DNA of 64,000 nt from an uncultured Chloroflexia bacterium (GCA_963774265.1 CAVZDU010000005.1:128001-192000), one strand, 5' to 3'; shown: positions 9,759 to 21,464, numbered from the stretch's first letter. The notes: a model not told the origin generated them from the letters alone. Translations and numbers: made by a program.

Positions 9759-12700
9759 ATGTTCATCAAGTTCAGCCTCTCGACGGCTCTACTGATACTC
9801 GCGCTCGTTTTTCCTGGCCGATTGGCAGCATCTACGCCCGGTGGCGTGGTCAACAGCGACCGCGGCTGGAGGACCGTTCGCCGCGCATCAGATCATCGAG
9901 CCGCCGAGCGGGACCGGCACGCCGTCGGGCACGGTCACCGATGGCGGCGACAGCACCCCCCTGTCCGGCGCGTCCGTGAGCCCCTATCCTTCAGGCGGCG
10001 ATGTGCTGGAGGCGCAAACTGCAGCGCAGGACTTCGCGCTGGATGCGATCGCGCCGGTGACCGACCTGAGTATTACACGGTCCGGTACGGACGCGCAGCT
10101 GAGTTGGAGCGTGCCGGGTGACGAAGTAGAGAGCTATGAGCTGTGGCGCGGCACAACGCCCTACTTCGTTGCCGCTCCGGTCGACGGCGAGGCCACTCCA
10201 GTTGACATGGAAATGTGTGCCCTCATAGGGGATACGATCACCTGCACCAATGCAGCCGCGATCGGTGATCCGGCGGTCAATTACTTCTACCTGGTGCTGG
10301 CCGTCGGCGCGAGCGGCGATCGATCCGTGCCATCGAATCGTGTTGGCGAGTTCGATTTTGCTTTGGAGCAGGGAGGCGGGGGAGCCACGGAACCCACCCT
10401 GACACCGACCGAGACGTCGACCCTGACGCCTACTGACACGCCGACTGCACCGCTGCCGACCGACACGCCCACTGCGTCGCCGACCGATACGGCCACGCCA
10501 ACCGCGACACCGACTGCGCCGGTGCCGACTGACACGCCCACGCCGACCGAGACATCGACCGATGCGCCCACTGCCACAGCGACCACGACACCGACTGCAA
10601 CCCATACGCCGACTGTTACACCGACCGCGACCGAAGCCCACACCTACTGGTATGTGGACAATGCTGCTCATGGCGCCAACAACGGCACGTCGTGGAGAGA
10701 TGCCTGGGAGTCGTTTGCCGATATTGACTGGGGAACTGGCGGCGTGACATCGGGAGATACGCTCTACATTTCGGGTGGGTCCAGTTCAAAGACATACTAT
10801 GAGATGTTGGCCGTGGGAGCCAGCGGAGGCGCAGACCACCTTATTACCATCGACGTGGGCGCCAACAGTCCTTCACCTTCCGGGCACGAGGGTGCGGTCA
10901 TCATTGATGGCGAATCATCCCGTCACGCCGGCATCTACATTAACGGCAAGGCGTACATCCGGATCAACGGGCTGAGCAGATCGGACTACAAGCTGCTGGT
11001 GCGGAATCATGTTACTGATACTACAGGATCAGTTGACATTAACAATGCATCTTACGTACATGCAGACTATATTAAGATCGACATCGCCACAGATCGCGGC
11101 GTCTTTTTGGATAATGCCGACCACAGCCGCGTACGAGGTTGCGATATCCGCACTGGATCGGTCAGCAACGCCACTGAAACAGACGGAGTCTATGCCCAAT
11201 TCGGCAATGACAATGTGGTGGAGGACAACGTGGTTGTTTTGGGCAATAGCGGCACCAACCATAATGATGCGCTGCAGGCGGCCAACGGCGAAAACCGGCT
11301 CATCGTGCGCAATAACTGGTTGGAATGGACCAACGGGCGCGGCAACTCGCTAAGCCAGGGATTCATCATCGAAGATTCCAGTGACTGGGTGTACTTCTAC
11401 AATAACGTCGTGCTCGGCAGTTCCGAGAACCCCTACCAGGCCGCGCTATTCAAGGAGGCAGACCCAGGCGGCATTTATTACATCTGGAACAACACTATCG
11501 TTGCGCAGCACCCGACGGGTGTGGCGTTGAACCTGCTCAACTGCACCGATGACGAGATCGGCGAGATCAAGAACAACCTCATCATCAGCCCCGGGCATTA
11601 CGCGATTTTCAGTCTCGAGGCTCCCATGGCCAGCAAGGTGGACTACAACGATCTGTACACGGGCGGCCAGTATATCGCCTATATCAATGGCTCCAAGACC
11701 TGGGCGCAATACCGGGCAGAGGGATACGACGCTCATGGCTACAACCTGTATCCATATTACGACACCAGCGATGGATACCGGCTGACCGGCTCTTCGGCCT
11801 GTTGTATCGACAGCGGCGCCACCCTCAGCTCTCATTTCAACACGGATCGCGACGGATTGACCAGGCCAATCGGGCTGGCTTGGGACATCGGCGCTTACGA
11901 GTATGAGGCCACATCGACCCCGGCGCCGACCGACACGCCGACTGCGACGCCGACCTTCACACCAACCGCAACGCCGATTGCGACGCCGACCGACACACCG
12001 ACCACAACGCCAACCGCAACGCCGACCGTCACGTCCACAGCGACGCCGACCGTGCCGCCGCCGACGGACGCACCAACTGTGCCACCGACCGACACACCGA
12101 CTGCGACACCGACCGTGCCGCCGCCGACCGTCACGTCCACAGCGACGCCGACCGTGCCGCCGCCGACGGACGCACCAACTGTGCCACCGACCGACACACC
12201 GACTGCGACGCCGACCACGCCGACGACGGACACGCCGACTGTGCCGCCGCCAACCGATACACCCACTCTGCCGCCGCCGACCGAGACCCCAATCGTACCG
12301 CCGCCGCCGACCGCTGTGGCGCCTGATTCTGCGCCCGCAGGCGGCTCTGCCGTCCTGGCGGGACTCGAAGCTGGCAGCGGCGCCGAGGAGGGCTACGGTG
12401 CGCGATCGTCTGCGGCGCGTCCGGCAGCCTGTGCGGCTGGAACTCCGGCTCCTTTCTCCCGGTTCAGCTACTTCCCCCTGGTGTGGCAGGGCTGGAATGG
12501 TCCGCAGCCTCTGCCGAATCTCGTCGTGGACCACGTCTCCTTGAGGATGCGCGGATATGACGGCAGTTGTGTCACGAAATGAATGTACTGGTCATGATGG
12601 CCTGTATTCGGAATCAGGGGCTGGGGGATGCGGGGCCTTTCAGGATCGCCGTCGATGAGTTGGATTGCGGTAGATTTCCGGGCCTTGAGAAGGGATGGTC

Positions 12701-12813
12701 CCTATCCCAACCCCACCGATCCTGTGCACCGCAACTCCGACACCGGGTGCTGCCCCCACCAGGAGGTTGACGGGACGGTGAGCGGGGGCGGCATCTTTGA
12801 GCCGGGTGAGTAA
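9759..12813 (+). CDS. Secreted mosaic surface protein: Fn3-like domain, Pro/Thr linkers, right-handed beta-helix with choice-of-anchor-Q-like tail, degenerate CARDB-like end (indels near 9840 and 12570)
   Basis: Signal peptide in ORF 9759; [18 protein letters not shown]; [14 protein letters not shown]; IDSG...[17 protein letters not shown]; LPNLVV...[11 protein letters not shown]. Confidence 0.65.
12021..12216 (+). repeat. Near-perfect 102-bp tandem duplication in the Pro/Thr linker
   Basis: Unit starting CCGACCGTCACGTCCACAGCG at 12022 and 12124 (34 aa, [34 protein letters not shown]). Confidence 0.85.
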
Positions 12814-12894
12814 CGCCGCCTCAGCAGGGAGATTGCCACCCACCTTGTGTCACACGCGTTTTTGGGACCGGCTTCAACGGCGCTCAGGCTCGAT

Positions 12895-13542
12895 CTATTC
12901 CTTTCCTGGCACCAGCCCGCGTTGGTACGCCGCGACTGCAGCCTGCGTGCGGTCTTCCACGCCCATCTTCTGCAGGATCGCGCTGACGTAGTTGCGCACG
13001 GTGCCGGGCGCAAGGTGCAACTGCTGGGCGATTTCCGGGTTGCTGTAGCCGCGGCAGATCAGCCGCAGCACGCCGAGTTCGCGTTCCGTGAGCACCTCGG
13101 CGGACGGTTTCAAGGGCTCCGCAGGTGCGACCATCTGCGCCAGCACCTTGCCGGCAATGGTTGGATCGAGAAACGTCTGCCCCGCCGCAGTCCCCTTGAT
13201 CGCGGCAATCAGAATGTCGCGCCGCGTGTCCTTGAGCAGATAGCCTGATGCGCCGGCGCGCATCGCGTCCAGCACCCAGGCATCGTCTGCGTAGGTGGTG
13301 AGGATCAGCACCCGGATGGCCGGACGGCGCGCCCGCAGCCGCGCGGTCGCCTGGACTCCGTTCATCACCGGCATCTTCAAGTCCATCAGGACGACATCCG
13401 GCTGCCGTTCTTCGGCCAGGGTCACCGCTTCTTCGCCGTGCCGCGCGACTCCCACGACCTCGATTTCATCGTCGGTGCTGAGGATGGCCTCCAGGCCGTC
13501 GCGGACGACGGTCTGGTCGTCACAGATTAGAACACGAATCAT
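12895..13542 (-). CDS. NarL/LuxR-family response regulator
   Basis: MIRVLICDDQ, VVLMDLKMP, LTERE...GYSNPEIA...TVRNYVSAIL. Confidence 0.95.
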   Translation of the reverse strand: MIRVLICDDQTVVRDGLEAILSTDDEIEVVGVARHGEEAVTLAEERQPDVVLMDLKMPVMNGVQATARLRARRPAIRVLILTTYADDAWVLDAMRAGASGYLLKDTRRDILIAAIKGTAAGQTFLDPTIAGKVLAQMVAPAEPLKPSAEVLTERELGVLRLICRGYSNPEIAQQLHLAPGTVRNYVSAILQKMGVEDRTQAAVAAYQRGLVPGKE

Positions 13543-13566
13543 CGGCGCCTTTCTCCAGGGGCACAG

Positions 13567-14835
13567 TCAGCGTCGCACGCGCGTTCCCTGCCCGGCCGCG
13601 CTGCTGATATCCAGTTGGGCGCCGATCAGTCCCGCACGTTCGTGCATGCCGCGAATACCCAGGCGGTCGTCATCATCCCCCGCGGCAGTCAACGTCTCGG
13701 CGCCGATGCCCTGGCCATCATCCTGCACCGTAAGCACCAGTGAACCCGGGCCTTCGACCAATTCGACCGTGATGGATCGTGCGCCGGCGTGGCGGACGAC
13801 GTTCTCCAATGTCTCCTGCGCGATGCGGTACACCCCCTGCTCGACGCCCAGCGCCAGGCAGCCCCCAACAGAAGCGGGCAAGCGCACCGTCAGTCGCGCA
13901 CCCGTCCGCTGCGCCGCGCTTTCAGCAAGCTCCTGCAGCGCGGGGAACAGGCCGAGGTCCTCTAGGGGGGAGGCGCGCAGCGCCTGCAGCGCGCGCCGCG
14001 CCTCGGCCAGGCCGGTGCGCGCGGTCTCATCGGCCTGGCCGAGGATGTGGTGGGCCTTGCCCGGGTGTTTCGCCCACAGCGCCTGCACCGCCTCCAATTG
14101 GACGGTGAGTGCGCTCAGGGAGTGGGCAAGTGTGTCGTGCAATTCGCGGGCCAGCCGGTTGCGTTCGCGGCTGATGGCCAGCTCCTCAAGGGTGGCGGCA
14201 TATTGCTTCAGCCGTTCGTTGGCCGCGGCCTGGCGTTGGTACGCCTCGGACAAGGCGGCTCGCTGGTTGGCCTGGACGGTCGCCAGTGTGGCTGTGACAT
14301 ATCCGGCCAGGAGCATCATCACCGCCTGGAGCACCTGGAAGCCCACCGGCACCGTCCACGGGACATTGGCCTTCGCTGGGGACACGAGCACCTGGTAGAG
14401 AGTGAGCGCGATGACGAAGAGATACAGGTAGCGATATTTGTATTCCCAGGCGACGAGAACGGCTGTGACGAAGAAGAACATCACAAAGGGCGATTGGAGC
14501 GGATTGTCCGCAGGCCACAGATAGTAACCAGCGAGAAGCGGGATCAGGCCCAGGCTAAGGGTCAACGGCACGAACCACCGGCCCAGGCGCTGTGCCTTTG
14601 GCCATATCAGGAGGGCCAGCAAAAGCACCTCGATCACGAGCAGCGGCGCAATGTTTGGCAACGAAAGGTTGCGAATCAGGCGTTCACCGGCCACGCGGTC
14701 GCCGGTCAACATGGGGTCGCCGGCGATCTCCAGAAGGATCAGGACCGGACCCAGCGCCAGCCAGAAGAGAATCCGGATCACCACGAAAAGACGGTAAGCT
14801 GGGATAAACCCGGGCTCCGGTGCGTTGTCTTCCAT
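13567..14835 (-). CDS. Membrane sensor histidine kinase (HisKA_3); the true 3' end may be shifted by an indel
   Basis: Multiple TM helices; ERNRLARELHDTLAH; RIAQETLENVVRHA; QDDGQG; LGIRGMHER. Confidence 0.92.
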   Translation of the reverse strand: MEDNAPEPGFIPAYRLFVVIRILFWLALGPVLILLEIAGDPMLTGDRVAGERLIRNLSLPNIAPLLVIEVLLLALLIWPKAQRLGRWFVPLTLSLGLIPLLAGYYLWPADNPLQSPFVMFFFVTAVLVAWEYKYRYLYLFVIALTLYQVLVSPAKANVPWTVPVGFQVLQAVMMLLAGYVTATLATVQANQRAALSEAYQRQAAANERLKQYAATLEELAISRERNRLARELHDTLAHSLSALTVQLEAVQALWAKHPGKAHHILGQADETARTGLAEARRALQALRASPLEDLGLFPALQELAESAAQRTGARLTVRLPASVGGCLALGVEQGVYRIAQETLENVVRHAGARSITVELVEGPGSLVLTVQDDGQGIGAETLTAAGDDDDRLGIRGMHERAGLIGAQLDISSAAGQGTRVRR

Positions 14836-14861
14836 GCAGCGAGTATAGCACGCTGCAAGAC

Positions 14862-14910
14862 AAGTGTCATATGACATCTTCGTGACTGGTGACACTATGC
14901 TGCATGACAG
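14862..14910. promoter_or_regulatory. Putative response-regulator operator between the divergent TCS and ABC operon
   Basis: Palindrome TGTCATATGACA (14865-14876) plus further (A/G)TGAC(A/T) half-sites. Confidence 0.45.
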
Positions 14911-14984
14911 GCCGGGGCATATACTGCCCATGGCGACGCTGAGGCGGCGCTATTTCGCGTTCGAAGCGTAGTAAGTAGGAATTT

Positions 14985-17384
14985 GTGTTGACGACACCGT
15001 GGGCGAAAGTACTGATCGACCTCTGGGAGCACCGTGTGCGGACATTGGTTGTGGCCCTGGCCATTGCAGTCGGTGTGTATGCAGTCGGTGTGGTGCTCAA
15101 CGCTCGTGAAATCCTGGTGCGCGAGTACCAGCAGGATCAGGCGAAGGCGCAGATGGCGTCCGCGGTCGTGTACACCAGCAGGCCTTTTGAGGATGATCTG
15201 GCCGAAAGTGCGGCCCGCTTGCCCCTGGTGGCGGCCGCGGAGGGGCGAAACTCCGCAACCGGTCGCGTCTCTCGCGCAGATGACTCACCCCAAGAGATCG
15301 TGCTGATGGCTGTCCCTGATTTCGAGAATATGAAGGTGGACACTATCGCGCCCCTGGCCGGCCAGTATCCGCCTGGGCGCCGGGAAGTGGTCGTCGAGGG
15401 CGCGTCGCTGGCGAGCCTGGGTGCAGGGATCGGCGATGAGATCACCGTGGAGATGAGCAACGATGCGGTCCGCACCCTACGAATCGTGGGGACGGTGCAC
15501 GATGCGCAACGGTTCAGCCCGATGCTGGCCGGCATCGCCACCGCCTATGTCACGCCTGACACGCTGGCAAGCCTCGGCTACAGCGCAATGAATACCGAAC
15601 TGCGGATTCGCGTGACCGAGCCGAGCCAGGACGAGGCCCACATCGTCGCCGCGCTGGACCAGGTGGAGACCCTCCTCGAAGACACCGGACGGACAGTCGC
15701 CGGCCGACAGATCAACACCGAAAGCGCGGCCGATCCCTTTATCGGCAGCGTGGTGTTGATCCTCACCGGGTTCGGCGTGGTGATCCTGCTGCTGTCCGGC
15801 TTCCTGGTTGTCAATGCCATGTCCGCGCTGATCACTCAGCAGGTGCCTCAGATCGGGGTGATGAAGTTGATCGGCGCGCGGCGCGGGCAGATCATGGCCC
15901 TGTATCTGACCACCGTGCTGATCTACGGCCTGTTGGCGGTGGTCCTCGCGCTGCCCTTGGCGGGGTTGACCGCGCGCTTGCTGATGAGCCAGCTTGTGGA
16001 ACCGCTGCTGAACGTGCGGGTAGAGAGTTATAGCATTGGCTTGCCGTTCCTTCTTGCACAGGCCGCCGTGGGACTCCTTCTGCCGCTCGCAGCCGGTCTG
16101 GCGCCGGTGATCCGCGGCACACGGGTCACGACCCACCAGGCGCTGAACGATGTCGGCATGGGTGGCGGCGCCTCTGGCCGCGGCTTCACGGAGCGGCTGC
16201 TGGCGCGGGTGCAACAGATTCGCCGCATCGAACGGCCCGTGCTTCTGGCGATCCGCAATACGCTGCGTCACAAGGGCCGGTTAGCCCAGACGTTGGTCGT
16301 GCTGGTGTTCGGCACTGCGCTCTTTGTCTCCGTGTTCAGCGTGCGGGCCTCGGTGGATGCAACGCTGGATGCCTTCATGCGCTTCCATCGCTACGACGTG
16401 TCAGTGGTCATGGAGCAGGGGGAGCTGATCACGCGGCTCGAGGCGGCTGCACGCGAGGTCCCGCACGTGGATGCCGTCGAGGTGTGGTCGAGCGGCGGTG
16501 CGACCCGCGTGCGCGCCGATGACACCGAGAGCAACCCGTTCCGCGTGGTCGCGGTACCCCCCGAGACGTCGTTCATGGATCCGGAGCTGATCTCGGGGCA
16601 ATGGCTGCCGGCGGCCGGAAGCATCCCCAATGCGGTCGTTGTCAACTCAGACCTGGTGGATGACGAGCGAGGGGTGGACGTGGGCCGCGAGATCGTGCTC
16701 GACGTCGATGGCCGCGAATCCACCTGGCGGGTGGTCGGCATTGTGAGCACCGAGTCGCGTGGGGCGGCAGTCTATGTGCATCGTGACGACTATGCGTACG
16801 CGGTCCGGCTGGCCGGCCAGGGCAATCGGGTGCAGGTGCGCATCGCCCAGGGCGCGCACGTGACGCAGGACGAGATGGCCGTGCAACTGCGCGAACATCT
16901 CGACGCGGTTGGACTGAAGGTCAGCGAAACGCAAACGGCGGAGGTGACGCAAACGGAGAACAACCTGCTGTTCACGATTGTTGTCGCCTTCCTCATCCTG
17001 ATGGCCCTGCTGTTGGCCGCGGTGGGCGGGCTGGGTCTGAGCACGACCATGAGCATCAACATGATGGAGCGGGTGCGCGAGGTGGGGGTGTTGCGGGCCA
17101 TCGGCGCGTCGAATGCATCTGTCCGCGGCATCGTCCTGGCTGAGGGCATCGCCATGTCGGTGATCAGTTGGGTGGCGGGTGTGTTCCTGTCGCTGCTGCT
17201 CGCGCCCGTCTTCAGCGATCAACTGGGGCTCGCGCTGATCAAGATCCCGTTGCAGTATCACTATTCGGCCTTAGGCGCCGTGATCTGGTTCTTTGTCCTA
17301 TCGGGCATTGCCGCAGTCGCCAGCCTGGCGCCGGCCCGCAATGCCGTCCGCCTGACAGTGCGGGAAGTGTTGGCATATGAGTGA
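14985..17384 (+). CDS. MacB/FtsX-family ABC transporter permease (two permease repeats)
   Basis: [10 protein letters not shown] and [15 protein letters not shown] motifs; large extracytoplasmic loops. Confidence 0.92.
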   Translation: MLTTPWAKVLIDLWEHRVRTLVVALAIAVGVYAVGVVLNAREILVREYQQDQAKAQMASAVVYTSRPFEDDLAESAARLPLVAAAEGRNSATGRVSRADDSPQEIVLMAVPDFENMKVDTIAPLAGQYPPGRREVVVEGASLASLGAGIGDEITVEMSNDAVRTLRIVGTVHDAQRFSPMLAGIATAYVTPDTLASLGYSAMNTELRIRVTEPSQDEAHIVAALDQVETLLEDTGRTVAGRQINTESAADPFIGSVVLILTGFGVVILLLSGFLVVNAMSALITQQVPQIGVMKLIGARRGQIMALYLTTVLIYGLLAVVLALPLAGLTARLLMSQLVEPLLNVRVESYSIGLPFLLAQAAVGLLLPLAAGLAPVIRGTRVTTHQALNDVGMGGGASGRGFTERLLARVQQIRRIERPVLLAIRNTLRHKGRLAQTLVVLVFGTALFVSVFSVRASVDATLDAFMRFHRYDVSVVMEQGELITRLEAAAREVPHVDAVEVWSSGGATRVRADDTESNPFRVVAVPPETSFMDPELISGQWLPAAGSIPNAVVVNSDLVDDERGVDVGREIVLDVDGRESTWRVVGIVSTESRGAAVYVHRDDYAYAVRLAGQGNRVQVRIAQGAHVTQDEMAVQLREHLDAVGLKVSETQTAEVTQTENNLLFTIVVAFLILMALLLAAVGGLGLSTTMSINMMERVREVGVLRAIGASNASVRGIVLAEGIAMSVISWVAGVFLSLLLAPVFSDQLGLALIKIPLQYHYSALGAVIWFFVLSGIAAVASLAPARNAVRLTVREVLAYE

Positions 17385-18080
17385 GAATGGTGCATTGATC
17401 CGACTGAAGGACGTCCGCAAGGCATACAAGACGCCCGCGGGTGATTTCCACGCGTTGAAGGGCATCGATCTGGCCGTTCAGCCCGGCGAGTTTCTCGCGG
17501 TGGTGGGCAAGTCGGGCGCGGGAAAGTCGACCTTGATCAACATGTTGACCGGCATCGACCGTCCGACCGCGGGTGAGATCTGGGTGGGCAAGACGCGATC
17601 CAGAACATGAGCGAGGACCAGATTGCCGCCTGGCGCGGTCGTAACGTGGGCGTGGTGTTCCAGTTCTTCCAGCTGCTGCCCATGCTGACCTGCGCCCAGA
17701 ACGTGATGATGCCGATGGACTTCGCGGGGCTGTACGGAGGACCGCGGGAACGTCGCGAGCGCGCCCTGCACCTGCTCGAACGCGTCGGCATCGCCGAGCA
17801 TGCCGATAAGCTGCCATCGGCCGTGTCCGGCGGGCAGCGGCAGCGTGTGGCGATCGCCCGTGCGCTGGCCAACGATCCGATGCTGCTGGCCGCGGACGAG
17901 CCGACCGGCAACCTGGATTCCAGGACGACCAGCGAAATGTTCGACTTGTTTGGCTCCCTGGTTGATGAGGGCAAGACGATCCTGCTGGTGACGCACGACC
18001 GTGATCTGGCTGGCCACGCGACGCGCCGGGTACACATCGCGGATGGCCGGATTGTGGCGAGCGCGGTGCATCATGATTGA
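17377..18080 (+). CDS. ABC transporter ATP-binding protein (indel near 17600)
   Basis: [37 protein letters not shown]. Confidence 0.9.
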
Positions 18081-18781
18081 TAGCTCCGTATTACCCATGA
18101 TCGATCTGCGCGGGCTGACCAAGATCTACCAGACGCCGGTCGGGCCGTTTTCCGCGCTTCGTGGCATTGACCTGCAGATCCAGCCAGGCGAGTTTATCGC
18201 AGTGGTCGGCAAGTCGGGCAGCGGGAAATCGACGCTGATCAACATGTTCACGGGAATCGATCATCCGACCGATGGGGAGATCATCGTGGCCGGGACGCGC
18301 GTGCGCGAGCTGAACGAAGGCCAGATGGCCGCAGTGGCGCGGGCGGACGATGGGCATCGTGTTCCAGTTTTTTCAGCTGCTGCCCACGCTGACGCTGGTC
18401 GAGAACGTCATGCTGCCCATGGATCTGTGCGAGGCTCTACGCGCCCGGCGAGCGCTATGACCGCGCTTACCATCTGCTGGAGCAGGTGGGACTGGCCGAC
18501 GACGCGGCACAAGTTCCCCGCAGGCGTGTCCGGCGGGCAGCAGCAGCGGGCGGCGATTGCCCGTGCGCTGGCCAACGATCCGGCCATCATCGTGGCCGAC
18601 GAGCCGACCGGCAACCTGGACTCGCGAGCCGCCGAAGCGATCTTCGCGCTGTTTGAGGCGTCGGCGGCCGCCGGCAAGACGATCGTCATGGTGACGCATG
18701 ACGACGAACTGGCCGAGCGGGCTGCCGCGTACGGTGATCCTGGCCGACGGGCTGATTGTCGATGAGATTGTTAGAGCATAG
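18073..18781 (+). CDS. Second ABC transporter ATP-binding protein (several indels)
   Basis: [37 protein letters not shown]. Confidence 0.88.
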
Positions 18782-18805
18782 TGGAGACCTTGCATGCAGA
18801 TGACT

Positions 18806-18833
18806 GTAGAGACGTAGCTTGCTACGTCTCTAC
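18806..18833. repeat. GTAG-type REP palindrome
   Basis: GTAGAGACGTAGC-TT-GCTACGTCTCTAC; related copy at 59587-59616 and a degenerate half-copy at 18781-18798. Confidence 0.75.
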
Positions 18834-18860
18834 CAGCGGGGGGGGATGATAGGAGTTCAG

Positions 18861-20180
18861 ATGAAGAAGCATCGCAAGATGATTGTTGCCTTGATCGGCC
18901 TGCTCGTGATCGCCGGCCTTGTGATCGGTGGGGTGGTGGTGTTTGCGCAGGAACGCGCCGGGACTCAGACTCCAACGGCTGAGGTGATGCCCACGGTCGA
19001 ATCCCCGAAGTCCGAGGATCGAGCTGTGATCGCCAAAGGCATCGTCGTGCCGGCCGAGCGCGCGACGCTGAGCATGGCAGCCAGTGGGATTGTGGCCGAG
19101 GTCCTGGTCAAGGAAGGGCAGCCGGTGGTGGCGGGCGATGTTATCCTGCGGTTGCGTGATGAGCGGCAGCGGGCCGCGCTGGCAGAGGCTGACGCGGCGG
19201 TGCTCGCCGCGCAGGCGCAACTTGCCATTGTTCAGGCCGGTGCGCGCAGCGAGGAGATCGCGGCGGCGCAGGCCGGTCTGGACGTCATGCAGGCGCGGGT
19301 GGCTCGGCTCGAAGAAGGCAGCCGTGACGGCGATGTGGCTGCGGCGCGGGCGAACGTGCAGGCCAGCCAGGCCGCGCTCCAGCGGTTGTATCAGGGAGCG
19401 GACGAGAACACCCGCACCGCAGCTGCGGCGGACCTGGCGAACGCAGAAGCTGTGCTGCGGAGCGCGCAGTCAGCTTACGACAAGATCAAGGAGCGGAGCG
19501 ACGTCGCGATGATGCCGCAGAGCCTGCAACTCGAACAGGCGACGAACGCCTACAAGGCCGCCCAGGCGCGCTATGCTGAGGTGGTGGCCCCGCCGAGGGC
19601 GGATCAGGTGGCGCAGGTGACCGCAGCTATCAAGGCCGCCCAGGCTGATTTCGGTCGCCTGGTGGACCCGGTGACGGACGCGGATCTGGCTGAGGCCCAG
19701 GCTGCGGTGCGGCAGGTCGCGGCGCAGCTCGAGCTGCTGCAGGCCGGCGCTCGTCAGCAAGAGATCGCATCAGCCGAGGCTGCAGTGGCCCAGGCTGAAG
19801 CCGCGCGCCAGCAGGCCGCAGCCGCACTCGGCGACACCGAGTTGGCTGCACCGTTCGATGGGCTGCTGGCCGTTCTGCACGTGCGGTCCGGGGAGCAGGT
19901 GGTCCAGGGTGCTCCGGTCGCTGAGATCGGTGACGTGAGCAATTGGCTTGTGGAGACGGATGACCTGAGCGAGCTCGATGTGGTGCGAGTGCAACCCGGG
20001 CAGGAAGTGCAATTGACCTTCGACGCGATCGCAGGCCTGGAATTGCGCGGCACTGTCGAGCGTATTCAGCCGAAGGGCGAGAAGAAGCTCGGGGACATGA
20101 CGTATATGGCGGTGGTGCGGGTGCAGGAGCCGGACACGCGGCTGTTGTGGAATATGACCGCGGTTGTCGAGCTGCCGTAG
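18861..20180 (+). CDS. HlyD/MacA-family efflux membrane-fusion (adaptor) protein
   Basis: N-terminal TM anchor; SGIVAEVLVKEGQPVVAGDVIL lipoyl half; long coiled coil; LAAPFDG. Confidence 0.92.
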   Translation: MKKHRKMIVALIGLLVIAGLVIGGVVVFAQERAGTQTPTAEVMPTVESPKSEDRAVIAKGIVVPAERATLSMAASGIVAEVLVKEGQPVVAGDVILRLRDERQRAALAEADAAVLAAQAQLAIVQAGARSEEIAAAQAGLDVMQARVARLEEGSRDGDVAAARANVQASQAALQRLYQGADENTRTAAAADLANAEAVLRSAQSAYDKIKERSDVAMMPQSLQLEQATNAYKAAQARYAEVVAPPRADQVAQVTAAIKAAQADFGRLVDPVTDADLAEAQAAVRQVAAQLELLQAGARQQEIASAEAAVAQAEAARQQAAAALGDTELAAPFDGLLAVLHVRSGEQVVQGAPVAEIGDVSNWLVETDDLSELDVVRVQPGQEVQLTFDAIAGLELRGTVERIQPKGEKKLGDMTYMAVVRVQEPDTRLLWNMTAVVELP

Positions 20181-20203
20181 AGAATGTAAAAAGTGAACGC
20201 AAG

Positions 20204-20234
20204 GACCTCCGAGGTTTCGCAGACCTCGGAGGTC
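20204..20234. repeat. REP-like palindrome, family GACC-N5-GGTT...ACC-N5-GGTC (may act as terminator)
   Basis: GACCTCCGAGGTTTCGCAGACCTCGGAGGTC followed by TGGTTTTTT. Confidence 0.7.
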
Positions 20235-20354
20235 TGGTTTTTTGTGCTCTCTGCGTTCTTTGCGGTTAACTCGTCCGGTGCAGTTGTCACCCGGCCCAAG
20301 ACGGTGTTATCATGCGGCCAGCACTAACTTTCACATCCTCCGGGAGGCACAGCC

Positions 20355-21431
20355 GTGCAAATCGATATCCATACACTCAAACCGGGCGAGCAAAAACCAT
20401 TCCCCCAACAGTTGGGGTTTGGCCGCTACTTCGCCGACCGCATGTTCAGCCAGCGTTATACGCTCGCCAAGGGCTGGCATGATGCCTGCATTGGGCCGTA
20501 CGAGCCGTTGGTCATGGACCCTGCCGCGGTCGTCTTTCACTACGGCCAGGAGATTTTCGAAGGCCTGAAGGCTTACCGCCGATCCGACGGGCGGATCAAT
20601 CTGTTCAGGCCTTGGGAGAACACGGCGCGTTTCAACCGGTCGGCCCAACGGATGGCGATGGCGCTGGTTGATCCTGAAGATCATGTCGAGGCGATCGCGG
20701 CTTTGGTGAGCGTCGTGCATGAGGCCGTTCCTTCGCAGCCCGACTCGTCACTCTATATCCGCCCAACCTTGATCGCTACGGATGTGGGCCTGGGCGTCCA
20801 TGCAAGCAAGAGCTATCTGCACTTCATCATTGTCGGTCCGGTGGGCCCCTACTTCGCCACGGGCTTCAATCCCGTGGCGGTTTACGTATCCCGCGACAAG
20901 GTGCGCGCAGTGCGCGGGGGCACCGGCGAGGCCAAGACGGGCGGCAACTATGCTGCGAGTCTCTACGTGGCGGAGGAAGTGCAAAAGCTCGGCTTCCAGC
21001 AGGTGCTGTGGCTCGATGCGGTGGAGCGGCGGTACGTGGAAGAAGTCGGCGCGATGAATATTGCGTTTGTCTATGACGGCAAGCGCATCGTGACGCCCGC
21101 GTTATCCGGCAGCATCTTGCCCGGCATCACGCGCGATTCAGTGCTGCGCCTGGCGCCTGACCTGGGCTACGAAGTGTGCGAAGATCGCCTGGACGTGAAC
21201 CAGGTGCTGAGCGACATTCGCGCGGGGCGGGTGACTGAGGCGTTCGGCATCGGGACCGCGGCGGTGATCGCGCCGGTCGGTCGGCTGGGGGACGAGAACC
21301 AGGTGGAGACGATCAACAATAACGAGTCCGGCCCGGTGGCGCGGCATCTGTACGAGGCGCTGACGGATATCCAGTACGGCCGCGCAGCCGACCCGTATGG
21401 GTGGACGTACGCGGTGAAGCCCCGGGCATAG
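20355..21431 (+). CDS. ilvE: Branched-chain amino acid aminotransferase
   Basis: FHYGQEIFEGLKAY, LYIRP, GTGEAKTGGNYA, EEVGAMN, ILPGITRDS. Confidence 0.95.
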   Translation: MQIDIHTLKPGEQKPFPQQLGFGRYFADRMFSQRYTLAKGWHDACIGPYEPLVMDPAAVVFHYGQEIFEGLKAYRRSDGRINLFRPWENTARFNRSAQRMAMALVDPEDHVEAIAALVSVVHEAVPSQPDSSLYIRPTLIATDVGLGVHASKSYLHFIIVGPVGPYFATGFNPVAVYVSRDKVRAVRGGTGEAKTGGNYAASLYVAEEVQKLGFQQVLWLDAVERRYVEEVGAMNIAFVYDGKRIVTPALSGSILPGITRDSVLRLAPDLGYEVCEDRLDVNQVLSDIRAGRVTEAFGIGTAAVIAPVGRLGDENQVETINNNESGPVARHLYEALTDIQYGRAADPYGWTYAVKPRA

Positions 21432-21464
21432 CCCCATCACCTTCGGGTCGCCAGGCCCAACACC

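Noticed and set aside
10390-12320. CRISPR array
   Set aside because: The repeats are in-frame Pro/Thr coding linkers without unique spacers; no cas genes in the window.
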